Part shown: positions 1-14,100 of the stretch, piece after piece
Layout: each line of letters starts with the position of its first letter
Position numbering within the stretch: position 1 is the stretch's first letter
NCBI RefSeq assembly: GCF_004010195.1
Contig: NC_057719.1
Location: 32,966,563-33,030,562, forward strand
Direction of reading: 5' to 3'
DNA from: Chiloscyllium plagiosum
Taxonomy: Eukaryota
Length of the DNA: 64,000 nucleotides
Notes under the pieces: generated by a model
The model's database searches: none
What the model saw: only the letters and a program-made list of their open reading frames with translations
What the model was told of the DNA's origin: nothing
Program-made: the position numbers and the translations under genes

Positions 1-1057
1 AGAGGGTGGTGGAGGAGGGTTGTTTTTCAGACTGGAGGCCTGTGACGAGTGGAGTGCCACAAGGATCAGTGCTGGGTTCACTACTTTTCATTATTTATAT
101 AAATGATTTAGATATGATCATAGGAGGTATAGTTAGTAAGTTTGCAGATTACACCAAAATTGGAAGTGTAGTGGACAGCGAAGAAGGTTACCTCAGATTA
201 CAACAGGATCTTGACCAGATGGGCCAATGGGCTGAGAAATGGCAGATGGAGTTTAATTCAGATAAATGTGAGGTGCTGCATTTTGGGAAAGCAAACCTTA
301 GCAGGACTTATACACTTAATGGTAAGGTCCTCGGGAGTGTTGCTGAACAAAGAGACCTTGGTTTGCAGGTTCATAGCTCCTTGAAAGTGGAGTTGCAGGT
401 AGGTAGGATAGTGAAGAAGGCGTTTGGTATGCTTTCCTTTATTGGTCAGAGTATTGAGTACAGGGGTTGGGAGGCCGTGTTGTGGCTGTACAGGACATTG
501 GTTAGGCCACTGTTGGAATATTGCATGCAATTCTGGTCTCCTTCCTATCAGAAATATGTTGTGAAACTTGAAAGGGTTGAGAAAATATTTACAAGGATGT
601 TGCCAGGGTTAGAGGATTAGACCTATATGGAGAGACTGAACAGACTGGGGCTGTTTTCCCTGGAGCGTCAGAGGCTGAGGGGTGACCTTATATAGGGCAT
701 GGATAGGGTAAATAGGCAAAGTCTTTTCCCTGGGGTCAGGGAGTCCAGAAATAGAGGGCATAGGTTTAGAGTGAGAGGGGAAAGATATAAAAGAGACCTA
801 AGGGGCAACTTTTTTACACAGAGGCTGGTACGTGTATGGAATGAGCTGCCAGAGGAAGTGGTGGAGGCTGGTACAATTGCAACATTTAAAAGGCATTTGG
901 ATGGGTACATGAATAGGAAGGGTTTGGAGGGATATGGGCCGGGTGCTGGCAGGTGGAACTAGATTGGGTTGGGATATCTGGTCGGCATGGACGGATTGGA
1001 CTGAAGGGTCTGTTTCCATGCTGTACATCTCGATGACTCTACGACTCTATGATTCTA
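1..1057 (+). mobile_element. CR1 LINE 3' part (RT C-terminal region, 3' UTR, GACTCTAT-type tail), decayed
   Basis: ORF 6-620 has GVPQGSVLG..INDLD..KFAD, QxDLD..W..KWQMEFNxxKC and LYRTLVRPxLEYC motifs. A premature TAG and a small deletion near 690 precede the FFTQR..WNxLP segment (ORF 699-962). It ends in gatgactctacgactctatgattcta. Confidence 0.93.
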
Positions 1058-2387
1058 AATTACACGGGAGTGGCACATCACTCAGCCAGCGTTTTTAAAT
1101 TACACTGGAGTAATACATCCCTTCGCCTGCATTATTAAATTTCATTGGAGTGACACATTCCTCAGCCGCCATTATTAAATTAAACTGGAGTGATATATCC
1201 CGCAGCCAACATTACTAAATTTCACTGGAGTGATACATTCCTCAGACAACATTATTAAAGTACACTGGAGTGATACATACCACAGCCAGCATTGTTAAAT
1301 TACACTGGAGTGATGCATACCCCAGACAGCATTATTAAATTACATTGAAGTGATAAATCCTTCAGCCAGCATAATCAAGTTACACTGTAGTGACACATCT
1401 CTGAGCCAGCATTATTAAATTACACTGGAGAAATACATCTCTCAGCAAGCTTTACTAAATTACCGTGGAGTGACATATCCCTCAGCCAGCATTATTCAAT
1501 TACACTGGAGTGATGCATCCCCTCGACAGCATTATTGAATAAACACGAGGGAGACATCCCTTAGACAGCATTACTACATTATACTGGAGTGATATATTCG
1601 TCAGACAACGTTGCTAAATTACACTGGAGTGATACATCCCTCAGCCAGCATTATTAAATTACAAATGAGTGATGCATCCCTCAGTCAGCAATATAAAATT
1701 ACACCAGAGTGACACATCCATCAGCCAGCATTATTAAATTACACTGGAAAGACACATCCCTCAGTCAGCGATATTAATTTACACTGGACTGATGCATCCC
1801 ACAACCAGAGTTAATAAATTACACTGGTTTGACACATACCTCAGCCAACATTATTAAATTATACTCAAGTGTACAACCCTCAGCCAGCATTATTAAATTA
1901 CACTGGAGTGATACGTCCCTCAGCCAGCATTATTAAATTACACTGGAGTGATATATCCCTCAGCCAGCATTATTAAATTACACATGAGTGATACATCCCT
2001 TAGCCACCATTATAAAATTACAGTGGAGTGACTCATTCCTCAGCAAGCATTATTAACTTACAGTGGAGTGTCACATCTTTTGGCCAGCGTTATTAAATTA
2101 CACTGGAGTAATACATCCCACAGCCAGCATTATTAAATTATAGTGGCGTGATACATCCCTCAGCCAGCATTATTATATTACACTGGAGTGATACATCCCT
2201 CAGCCAGCGTTATTAAATTACACTGGAGTGATACATCCCTCAGCCAGCGTTATTAAATTACAATGGAGTGACACGTCCCTTAGCAAGCACTATCAAATTA
2301 CAATGGATTAATACATCCCTCAGCCAGCATTAATAAATTACATTGGAGTGAATCATCCCTCAGCCAGCATTATTAAATATGACTGGA

Positions 2388-2782
2388 ACATCGGAGGCTG
2401 AGGTGTGACCTTATAGAGGTTTATAAAATCATGAGGGGCATTGGTAGAATAAATAGACAAAGTCTTTTCACTGGGGTTGGGGAGTCCAGAACTAGAGGGC
2501 ATAGGTTTATGGTGAGAAGGGAAAGATATAAAGGAATCCCAAGGGGCAACTTTTTCACTCAGAGGGTGGTACATGTATGGAATGAGCAGCCAGAGGAAGT
2601 GGTGGAGGTGAGTAACATTTAAAAGGCATCTGGGTGGGTACATGAATAGGAAGGGTTTGGAGGGATATGGGCAAGCTGCTGGTCAGGTGGGTCTAGATTG
2701 GGTTGAGATATCTGGTCAGCATGAATGAGTTGGACTGAAGGATCTGTTTTTGTGCTGTACATTTCTATGACTCTTTGACTCA
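2388..2782 (+). mobile_element. 5'-truncated CR1 inserted in satellite (same subfamily as 1-1057)
   Basis: Colinear with 665-1050; flanked by ATGACTGGA at 2379-2387 and 2783-2791. Confidence 0.92.
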
Positions 2783-3710
2783 ATGACTGGAGTGATAAAT
2801 CCCTCAGCCAGCATTATTAAATTACACTGGAGTAATACATCCCTCACGCAGCAATATTAAATTACACTGGAGGGATACATCCCTCACGCAGCAATATTAA
2901 ATTACACTGGAGGGATACATCGCTCAGACAACATTATTAATTTACACTTCAGTGATACATCATTGAGCCAGTATTAATAAATGACAGTGGGGTGACACAT
3001 TGCTCAGCCAGCGTCATTAAATGACACTGGGGTACTCCATCCCTCAGCGAGCATTATTTAAATTACAGTGGAGTGAAACATACCTCAGCCCGCATTATTA
3101 AATTACACTGGAGTGATACATCCCCCAGCCAGGATTATTAAATTACACTGTTGTGATACATCCTTTAGCCAGCGCTATTAAATTAAACTGCAGAGTTACA
3201 TCCCTCAGCCAGCATTATTAACTTACGCTGGAGTGACACATCACTCAGCCAGCAAGGTTAAATTACACTGCAGAGATACATCTCTCAGCCAGCAGTTGTA
3301 AATTACTCTGGAGTGACACATCCTGCAGCCAGAATTATTAACTTGCACTGGAGTGACACATCGCTCACCCAGATTTATTAAATTACACTGGAGTGATAAA
3401 TACCTCAGCCAGCATTATTAAATTACACTGGAGTGACACATCCCGCAGCTAGCATTATTAAATTACACTGGAGTACCACAATCCCTCATCTGGGGTTATT
3501 AAATTACACTGGAGAGATACATCCCTAAGACATCATTATTAAATTACATTGGAGTGATACATCCTTCAGCCAGCATTATTAAATTACACTGGAGGGATAC
3601 ATCGCTCAGACAATATTACTAAATTACACAGGAGGGATACATCCCTGAAACAGCGTTATTAAATTAAACTGGAGAGAAACATCCCTCAGTCACCATTATT
3701 AAACTACACT

Positions 3711-3776
3711 GTTGCAATAATGTGGAGTGGACTCAATGGGCCGAATGGCCTTACTTCTGCTCCTATGTCTTATGGT
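3711..3776 (+). mobile_element. 66-bp CR1 3'-tail insertion in satellite with 7-bp TSD
   Basis: ggagtggactcaatgggccgaatggccttacttctgctcctatgtcttatggt matches the CR1 3' end at 6140-6200; CTACACT at 3704-3710 and 3777-3783. Confidence 0.88.
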
Positions 3777-4639
3777 CTACACTGGAGTGAAACATCTGCT
3801 GGCCAGCATTATTAATTTGCACTGGAGTGATACGTTCCTCAGGCAGCATTTATAAATTACGCTACACTGACACATCTCTCAGCCAGCATTATTAAATTAC
3901 ACTGGAGTGAAACATCCGCTGGCCAGCATCATTAATTTGCACTGGATTGATACGTTCCTCAGGCAGCATTTATTAATTACGCTACACTAGCACATCCCTC
4001 AGCCAGCATTATTAAATTACGCTGGAGTGATACATCCCTCAGCCAGCATTATCACATTACGCTGGAGTGATATATCCCTAAGCCAGCATTATTAAATTAC
4101 AATGGAGTGATATATCCCTCAGCCAGCATTATTAAATTACACTGGAGTGATACATCCACCACCCAGTGTCATTATTGTACAAAGGAGTCTTACATTCCTC
4201 AGCCAACATTATTAAATTACACTGAAGTGATACAAACTTCAGCCAGCAAAATCAAATTACACAGGAGTGACACATCCCTGAGTCAGCATTATTAAATTAC
4301 ACTGAAGTGATACATCCTTCAGCCAGCACTATTATATTACATTGGAGCAACACACCCCTCAGCCTGCAATATTAAATTACACTGGTGTGATATATCCCTC
4401 AGCCATGCTTATTAAATTACACTGGAGCGACACACCCCTTAGCCAGCATTATTAACTTACTCTGGAGAGATACATCCCTCAGCTAGCATTATTACATTAC
4501 ACTGGAGAGATACATCCCTCAGCCAGCATTATTACGTTACACTGGAGTGACCCATCCCACAGCCAGCATTATTAAATTGCACTGGAGTGATACATTCCCA
4601 GCCAGCGTTATTAATTTACACTGGAGTGAACATCCCTCA

Positions 4640-4724
4640 AGATTAGAGAGGTGCTATAAAGGCACAGCACGTCAGGCAGAATCAGAGGAGCAGTAAAATC
4701 GACGTGTCAGGCAGGAGCCTGGAC
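4640..4724 (-). mobile_element. Penelope-like terminal-repeat fragment in satellite, copy 1
   Basis: agattagagaggtgct..gcacagca..tcaggcag..gaggagcag..aatcgacg matches 21451-21530; flanked by ACATCCCTCA on both sides. Confidence 0.8.
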
Positions 4725-5854
4725 ACATCCCTCAGCCAGTATTAAGAAATTACACTGCAGTGACCCATCCCTCAGCCAAAATGATTAAATTACACTAGAG
4801 TGATACATTCCTCAGCCACCATTATTAAACTACGCTGGACTGACCCATTCGCTGACCAGTATTATTAATTTGCACTGGAGTGATACATTCCTCAGGCAAC
4901 ATTTAAAAAGTATGCTGCACTGACACATCTCTCAGCCAGCATTATTAAATTACACTGGAGTGATTCATCGCTAAGCCAGCATTATTAAATTACACTGGAG
5001 AGATACATCCCAAAGCCAGCATTATTAAGTTACACTGGACTGACACATCCCTCACAACCATTATTAAACTACACTGGAGTGACACATCCGCTAGCCAGCA
5101 TTATTAATTTGCACTGGTGTGATACGTTCCTCAGGCAGCATTTATAAATTACGCTACACTGACACATCTCTCAGCCAGCATTATTAAATTACACTGGAGT
5201 GATACATCCCTGAGACAGCATTATTAAATTACACTGGAGTGATACATCCCTGAGGCAGCATTATTAAATTACACTATTGTGATACATCCTTTAGCCAGCG
5301 CTATTCAATTAAACTGCAGAGTGACATCCCTCAGCCAGCAGTTGTAAATTACTCTGGAGTGACACATCCTGCAGCCAGAATTATTAACTTGCACTGGAGT
5401 GACACTTCGCTCACCCAGATTTATTAAATCACACTGGAGTGATAAATACCTCAGCCAGCATTATTAAATTACACTGGAGTGACACATCCCGCAGCCAGCA
5501 TTATTAAATTACACTGGAGAGATGCATCCTACAGGCAGTATTACTAAAATACACTGGAGTGAAATATCCCTCAACCAGTGTTGTTAAAATACACTGGAGT
5601 GAGTGATACATCCCTCAGCCAGCAGTTTTAAATTATTCTGGCGTGACACATCCTGCAGCCAGAATTATTAACTTGCACTGGAGTGACACATCGCTCACCC
5701 AGATTTATTAAATTACACTGGAGTGATAAATACCTCAGCCAGTGTTATTAAATTACACTGATTAATCCCGCAGCCAGTGTTATTAAATTACACTGGAGTA
5801 CCACAATCCCTCATCCGGGATTATTAAATTACACTGGAGAGATACAACCCTAAG

Positions 5855-6201
5855 GAAAGGGTGGACGCTAGGAAATTGTTTCCGTTAGGCATGGTGACTA
5901 GGACCCGTGGACACAGCCTTAGAATTAGAGGGGGTAAATTCAGAACAGAAATCCAGTGACATTTCTTCAGCCAGAGAGTGGTGGGCCTGTGGAATTCATT
6001 GCCGCGGAGTGCAGTGGAGGCCGGGACGCTAAATGTCTTCAAGGTAGAGATTGATAAATTCTTGATGTGACAAGGAATTAAGGGCTACGGGGAGAATGCG
6101 GGTAAGTGGAGTTGAAACGCCCATCAGCCATGATTGAATGGCGGAGTGGACTTGATGGGCCGAATGGCCTTACTTCCACTCTTATGTCTTATGGTCTTAT
6201 G
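5855..6201 (+). mobile_element. 5'-truncated CR1 (second subfamily, TCTTATGG tail) inserted in satellite
   Basis: LFP..TRTRGHSLRIRG..FFSQRVV.LWNSLP coding remnant plus 3' UTR; closely similar to the reverse complement of 54735-55079. Confidence 0.92.
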
Positions 6202-7239
6202 GACATAATTATTAAATTACACTGGAGTGATACATCTCTCAGCCAACATTATTTAATTACAGTGGAGTGATACATCCCTGAGACAGCGTTATTAAGTAAC
6301 ACTGGAGAGACACATCCCTTAGCCAGCATTATTAAATTACACAGGAGGGATACATTCCTGAGACAGCGTTATTAAATTACACTGGAGTGATTCATCCCTC
6401 AGCCACCATTATTAAACTATACTGGAGTGAAACATCTGCTGGCCAGCATCATTAATTTGCACTGGATTGATACGTTCCTCAGGCAGCATTTATTAATTAC
6501 GCTACACTACCACATCCCTCAGCCAGCATTATTAAATTACACTGGAGTGATTCATCCCTCAGCCAGCATTATCACATTACACTGGAGTGATATATCCCTC
6601 AGCTAGCATTATTAAATTACAGTGGAGTGACACATCCACCACCCAGCGTCATTATTGTACAGTGGAGTCTTTCGTTCCTCAGCCAACATTACGAAATTAC
6701 ACTGGAGTGATACAAACTTCAGCCAGCAAAATCAAATTACACTGGAGTGACACATCGCTGAGCCAGCATTATTAAATTACACTGAAGTGATACATCCTTC
6801 AGCTAGCATTATTATATTACCCTGGAGCGACACACCTCTCAGCCTGTAATATTAAATTACACTGGAGTGATACATCCCTCAGCCAGCATTATTAAATTAC
6901 ACTGAAGTGATACATCCTTCAGCCAGCATTATTATATTACACTGGAGTGACACACCCCTCAGCCTGCAATATTAAATTACACTGGAGTCATACATCCCTC
7001 AGCCATGCTTATTAAATTACATTGGAATGACTCATCCCTCAGCCAGCACAATTAACTTACACTGGAGAGATACATCCCTCAGCTAGCATTATTACATTAA
7101 ACTGGAGAGATACATCCTTCAGCCAGCTTTATTACATTACACTGGAGTGACCCATCCCACAGCCAGCATTATTAAATTGCACTGGAGTGATACATTCCCA
7201 GCCAGCGTTATTAATTTACACTGGAGTGAACGTCCCTCA

Positions 7240-7324
7240 AGATTAAAGAGGTGCTATAAAGGCACAGCAGGTCAGGCAGAATCAGAGGAGCAGTAAAATC
7301 GACGTGTCAGGCAGGAGTCTGGAC
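7240..7324 (-). mobile_element. Penelope-like terminal-repeat fragment in satellite, copy 2
   Basis: Near-identical to 4640-4724, including flanks. Confidence 0.8.
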
Positions 7325-9418
7325 ACATCCCTCAGCCAGTATTAAAAAATTACACTGCAGTGACCCATCCCTCAGCCAAAATGATTAAATTACACTGGAG
7401 TGATACATTCCTCAGCCAGTATTACTAAATTACACTGGACTGACACATCCCTCAGCCACCATTATTAAACTACGCTGGACTGACACATTCGCTGGCCAAT
7501 ATTATTAATTTGCACTGAAGTGATACATTCCTCGGGCAACATTTAAAAAGTACACATTGGAATCACTCATCCATCAGCCAGCATTATTAATTTATACTGG
7601 AGCAACACAACCTTCAGCCAGAATTATCACATTACACTGGAGTGATATATCTCTCAGCCAACATTATAAAAATTACACTGGAGGGATACATCCCTCAGCC
7701 AGCGTCATTATTGTACAATGGAGTCATACATTCCTCAGCCATCATTATGAAATTACACTGGAGTGATACAATCTTCAGCCAGCAAAATCAAATTATACTG
7801 GAGTGATACATCCCTCAGCAAGCATTATTAAATTACACTGGAGTGATTCATCGCTAAGCCAGCATTACTAAATTACACTGGAGAGATACAAGCCAAAGCC
7901 AGCATTATTAAGTTACACTGGACTGACACATCCCTCAGCCACCATTATTAAACTATATTGGAGTGACACATCTGCTGGCCAGCATTATTAATTTGCACTG
8001 GAGTGATATGTTCCTCAGGCAGCGTTATTAAATTACACTGGAGTAATACATCCCACAGCCAGCATTATTAAATTACAGTGGAGTGATACATCCCTCAGCC
8101 AGCATTATTAATTTACACTGGAGTAATACATCACTCAGCCAGCAGTATGAATCTACACAGGAGTGCCTCATGCATCAGCCAGCATTATTCATTTATACTG
8201 GAGTGACACATCCCACAGCCAGCATTATCACATTACACTGGAGTGACATATCTCTCAGCCAAAATTATTAAATTACACTGAAGTGATATATCCGTCAGGC
8301 AGTGTTATTCAATAATGACGGAGTGATACATCCCTCAGCCAGTGTTATTAAAATACCCTGGAGTGATACATCCCTCACCTGGTGGTTTTAACTTACAGTG
8401 AAGTGAGACATCTGTCAGACAGCGTTATTAAATTACACTGGAGTGATACATCGCACAGCCAGGGTTATTAAGTTACAGTGGAGCGATACATCTCACAGTC
8501 AGCATTACTAATTTACACTGGAGTAATTCATCCCTCAGCCAGCGCTATTAATTTATACTGGAGTGATACATCCCTCAGCCAGGATTATTAAATAACACTG
8601 GACTGATACATCCCTCAGCCAGCATTATTAAACTACATTGGAATCACTCATCCATCAGCCAGCATTATTAATTTATACTGGAGCAACACAACCTTCAGCC
8701 AGAATTATCACATTACACTGGAGTGATATATCTCTCAGCCAACATTATAAAAATTACACTGGAGGGATACATCCCTCAGCCAGCGTCATTATTGTACAAT
8801 GGAGTCATACATTCCTCAGCCATCATTATGAAATTACACTGGAGTGATACAATCTTCAGCCAGCAAAATCAAATTATACTGGAGTGATACATCCCTCAGC
8901 AAGCATTATTAAATTACACTGGAGTGACACATCCCCCAGCCACACTTATTAAATTACAATGGAATGACTCATCCCTCAGCCGCCATTATTAATTTACACT
9001 GGAGTGATATATCCCTCAGCCTGCATTACTAAATTACATGGATATAATACATCCCTCGGCCAGCATTATTAAATTACACTGGGAGTGATACATACCACAG
9101 CCAGCATTATTAAATCACAATGGAGTGATACGTCCCTCAGCCAGTCCTATTAAATTACACTAGAGAGGTGCATCCTGCTGCCAACATTATTAAAATACAC
9201 TGGAGTGATATAACCCTCAGCCAGCATTATTACATTACACTGGAGTGAAACATCACCCAACCAGAATTATCACATTACACTGGAGGGACACATCCTTCAC
9301 CCGGCATTATTAAATTACACTGGAGTTATAGATCCCTCAGCCAGTATTATTCAATTACAGTGGAATGAAACATCCCTCAGCCAGCATTATTACATTACAC
9401 TGGAGTGAACATCCCTCA

Positions 9419-9503
9419 AGATTAGAGAGGTGCTATAAAGGCACAGCACGTCAGGCAGAATCAGAGGAGCAGTAAAATCGACGTGTCAGGCAGGAGTCTG
9501 GAC
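9419..9503 (-). mobile_element. Penelope-like terminal-repeat fragment in satellite, copy 3
   Basis: Near-identical to 4640-4724, including flanks. Confidence 0.8.
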
Positions 9504-11070
9504 ACATCCCTCAGCCAGTATTAAAAAATTACACTGCAGTGACCCATCCCTCAGCCAAAATGATTAAATTACACTGGACTGACACATCCCTCAGCCACCA
9601 TTATTAAACTACGCTGGACTGACACATTCGCTGGCCAATATTATTAATTTGCACTGAAGTGATACATTCCTTGGGCAACATTTAAAAAGTACGCTGCACT
9701 GACACATTTCTCAGTCAGCATTATTAAATTACACTGGAGTGATTCATCGCTAAGCCAGCATTACTAAATTACACTGGAGAGATACATCCCAAAGCCAGCA
9801 TTATTAAGTTACACTGGACTGACACATCCCTCAGCCACCAATATTAAACTACACTGGAATGAAACATCCGCTGGCCAACATTATTAATTTGCACTGGAGT
9901 GAGATGTTCCTCAGGCAGCGTTATTAAATTATAGTGGAGTGATACATCCCTCAGCCAGCATTATTAAATTACACTGGGCTGACATATCTCTCAGACTATT
10001 ATTAAATTACTCTGGAGCGACACATCCCGCAGCCAGCATTATTAAATTACACTGGAGTGATATATCTCTCAGCCAGTATTATTAATTTACACTGGAGTGA
10101 CACATCCTTCAGCCAGTCCTATTAAATTACACTGGAGTGGTGCATCCTGCTGCCGGCAATATTGAAATACACTGGAGTGATATAACCCTCAGCCAGTATT
10201 CTCCAATTACAGTGGAATGAAACATCTCTCAGCCAGCATTATTAAATTACACTGGAGTGATAAATCATCCAATCAGAGTTATTAAATTACGCTGGAGGGA
10301 CACATCCTTCACCCGGCATTATTAAATTACACTGGAGTGATATATCCCTCAGCCAATATTAATCAATTACTGTGGAATGAGACATCTCTCAACCAGCATT
10401 ATTAAATTACACTGGAGTGATACATCGCTAAGCCAGCATTACTAAATTACACTGGAGAGATACATCCCAAAGCCAGCATTATTAAGTTACACTGGACTGA
10501 CACATCCCTCAGCCACGCTTATTAAATTACATTGGAATGACTCATCCCTCAGCCACCATTATTAATTTACACTGGAGTGATATATCCCTCAGCTTGCATT
10601 ATTAAATTACATGGATATAATACATCCCTCGGCCAGCATTATTAAATTACACTGGGAGTGATACATACCACAGCCAGCATTATTAAATCACAATGGAGTG
10701 ATACATCCCTCAGCCAGTCCTATTAAATTACACTAGAGAGGTGCATCCTGCTGCCAACATTATTAAAATACACTGGAGTGATATAACCCTCAGCCAGCAT
10801 TATTACATTACACTGGAGTGAAACATCACTCAACCAGAGTTATTACATTACACTGGAGGGACACATCCTTCACCCGGCATTATTAAATTACACTGGAGTT
10901 ATAGATCCCTCAGCCAGTATTATTCAATTACAGTGGAATGAAACATCCCTCAGCTAGCATTATTACATTACATTGGAGTGACCCATCCCACAGTCAGCAT
11001 TATTAAATTGCACTGGAGTGATACATTCCCAGCCAGCGTTATTAATTTACACTGGAGTGAACATCCCTCA

Positions 11071-11155
11071 AGATTAGAGAAGTGCTATAAAGGCACAGCA
11101 CATCAGGCAGAATTAGAGGAGCAGTAAAATCGACGTGTCAGGCAGGAGCCTGGAC
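11071..11155 (-). mobile_element. Penelope-like terminal-repeat fragment in satellite, copy 4
   Basis: Near-identical to 4640-4724, including flanks. Confidence 0.8.
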
Positions 11156-14100
11156 ACATCCCTCAGCCAGTATTAAAAAAATTACACTGCAGTGATCCAT
11201 CCCTCAGCCAAAATGATCAAATTACACTGAAGTGATACATTCCTCAGCCAGCATTACTAAATTACACTGGACTGACACATCCCTCAGCCACCATTATTAA
11301 ACTACGCTGGACTGACACATTCGCTGGCCAATATTATTAATTTGCACTGAAGTGATACATTCCTCGGGCAACATTTAAAAAGTACGCTGCACTGACACAT
11401 CTCTCAGCCAGCATTATTAAATTACACTGGAGTGATTCATCGCTAAGCCAGCATTACTAAATTACACTGGAGAGATACATCCCAAAGCCAGCATTATTAA
11501 GTTACACTGGACTGACACATCCCTCAGCCACCATTATTAAACTACACTGGAATGACACATCCCCTGGCCAACATTATTGATTTGCACTGGAGCGAGATGT
11601 TCCTCAGGCGGCGTTATTAAATTATAGTGGAATGATACATCCCTCAGCCAGAATTATTAAATTACACTGGACCGACACATCTCTCAGACTATTATTAAAT
11701 TACTCTGGAGTGACACATCCCTCAGCCAGCATTACTAAATTACACTGGAGTGATATATCTCTCGGCCAGCATTATTAAATTACACTGGAGTGACACATCC
11801 CTCAATCAGCATTATTAATTTACACTGGAGTAATACATCACTCAGCCATCATTATTAAATTACACTGGAGTGATATATCTCTTAGCCAGTATTATTAATT
11901 TACACTGGAGTGACACATCCCTCACACGGTGTTATTAAATTACACTGGAGTGACACATCCTTCAGCCAGTCCTATTAAATTACACTGGAGTGGTGCATCC
12001 TGCTGCCGGCAATATTAAAATACACTGGAGTGATATAACCCTCAGCCAGTATTCTCCAATTACAGTGGAATGAAACATCTCTCAGCCAGCATTATTAAAT
12101 TAAACTGGAGTGATACATCCCTCAGCCAGTATTGGAGTGATGTGTTCCTCAGGCAGCGTTATTAAATTACACTGGAGTAATACATCCCACAGCCAGCATT
12201 ATTAAATTACACTGGACTGACATCTCTCAGACTATTATGAAATTACTCTGGAGCGACACATCCCTCAGCCAGCATTTTTAAATTACACTGGAGTGATATA
12301 TCTCTCGGCCAGCATTATTAAATTACAGTGGAATGACACATCCCTCAGTCAGCATTATTAATTTACACTGGAGTAATACATCACTCAGCCATCATTATTA
12401 AATTACACTGGAGTCATATATCTCTCAGCCAGTATTATTAATTTACACTGGAGTGACACATTCCTCACCCGGTGTTACTAAATTACACTGGAGTGACACA
12501 TCCTTCAGCCAGTCCTATTAAATTACACATTATTTTAATGCGTGGTGCATTAAAATACACTGGAGTGATATAACCCTCAGCCAGTATTCTCCAATTACAG
12601 TGGAATGAAACATCTCTCAGCCAGCATTATTAAATTACACTGGAGTGATAAATCATCCAATCAGAGTTATTAAATTACGCTGGAGGGACACATCCTTCAC
12701 CCGGCGTTATTAAATTACACTGGAGTGATATATCCCTCAGCCAGTACTATTCAATTACTGTGGAATGAGACATCTCTCAACCAGCATTATTAAATTACAC
12801 TGGAGTGATACATCCCTCAGCCAGCTCTATTAAATTACACTGGAGTGATACATCCCTCAGCCAGCATTATTAAATTACACTGGAGTGATACATCCCTCGG
12901 CTGGCATTAATAAATTATACTGGAGTAATATATCCCTCAGCCAGTATTATTCAATTACTCTGGAATGATACATCTCTCAGCCTGCATTATTAATTACACT
13001 GGAGGGACATATCGCTCCATCAGTATAATTAAATTACACCGGAGTGATACATCCCTCAGCCAGCATTATTAAATTACACTAGAGAGATGCAACTTGCAGC
13101 CAGCATTATTAAAATACTCTGGAGTGATATATCCCTCAGCAAGGATTAATAAGTTACACATGATGTGACAAAACCCTCAGCCAGCATTATTAAAGTACAG
13201 TGGAGTGATACATCCCTCAGCCAGCGTTATTAAATTATGGTGGAGTGAAACAACTCTCAGCCAGTATTATTCAATGAACTGGAGTGATATGTCTCTCAAC
13301 AAGCGTGATTAAATTGCACTGGAGAGACAAATCTCACAACCAGCATTACTAACAACACTCGAGTGACACATACCTCAGCCAGTATGATTAAATTACTTTT
13401 GAATGATACATCCCACAGCCAGAATTATTAACTTACACTGGAGTGACACATCCCTCACCCAGATTTATTAAATTACACTGGAGTGACACATCCCTCAGCC
13501 AGAATTACTAAGTTACACTGGAGTGATACAACCAACAATCAGCATTATTAAATTACACAGGAGTGAAACATCCCACAGCCAGAATTATTAACTTACACAG
13601 GAGTGAAACATCCCTCAGCCAGTGTTATTAAATTACACCGGAGTGAAGCATCCCTCAACCAGTGTTATTAAATTACACCGGAGTGATACTTTGCTCAGCC
13701 AACGTTCTAAATTAGACTGGAGTGAAACATCCCTCAGACAGCATTGTTACATTGCACTGGAGTGACACACCCCATCTGCCAACACTATTAAATTACACTG
13801 GAGTGATACATTTCTCAGGCAGAATTATTAAATTACACAGAGTGGTGTATCCCTCAGACAGGCATATTAAATTGCAGTGGAGTGATTAATCCCACAGCCA
13901 GCATTATTAAATTACTCTGGAGTGATACATCCTGCAGCCAGAATTATTAACTTGCACTGGAGTGACACATTGCTCACCCAGATTTATTAAATTTCACGGA
14001 GTGATACATCCCTCAGCCAGCATTATTAAATTACACTTGAGGGATACATCCCTCAACTAGCGTTATTAAATTACACGGGAGTGATATATCCCTCAGCCAG

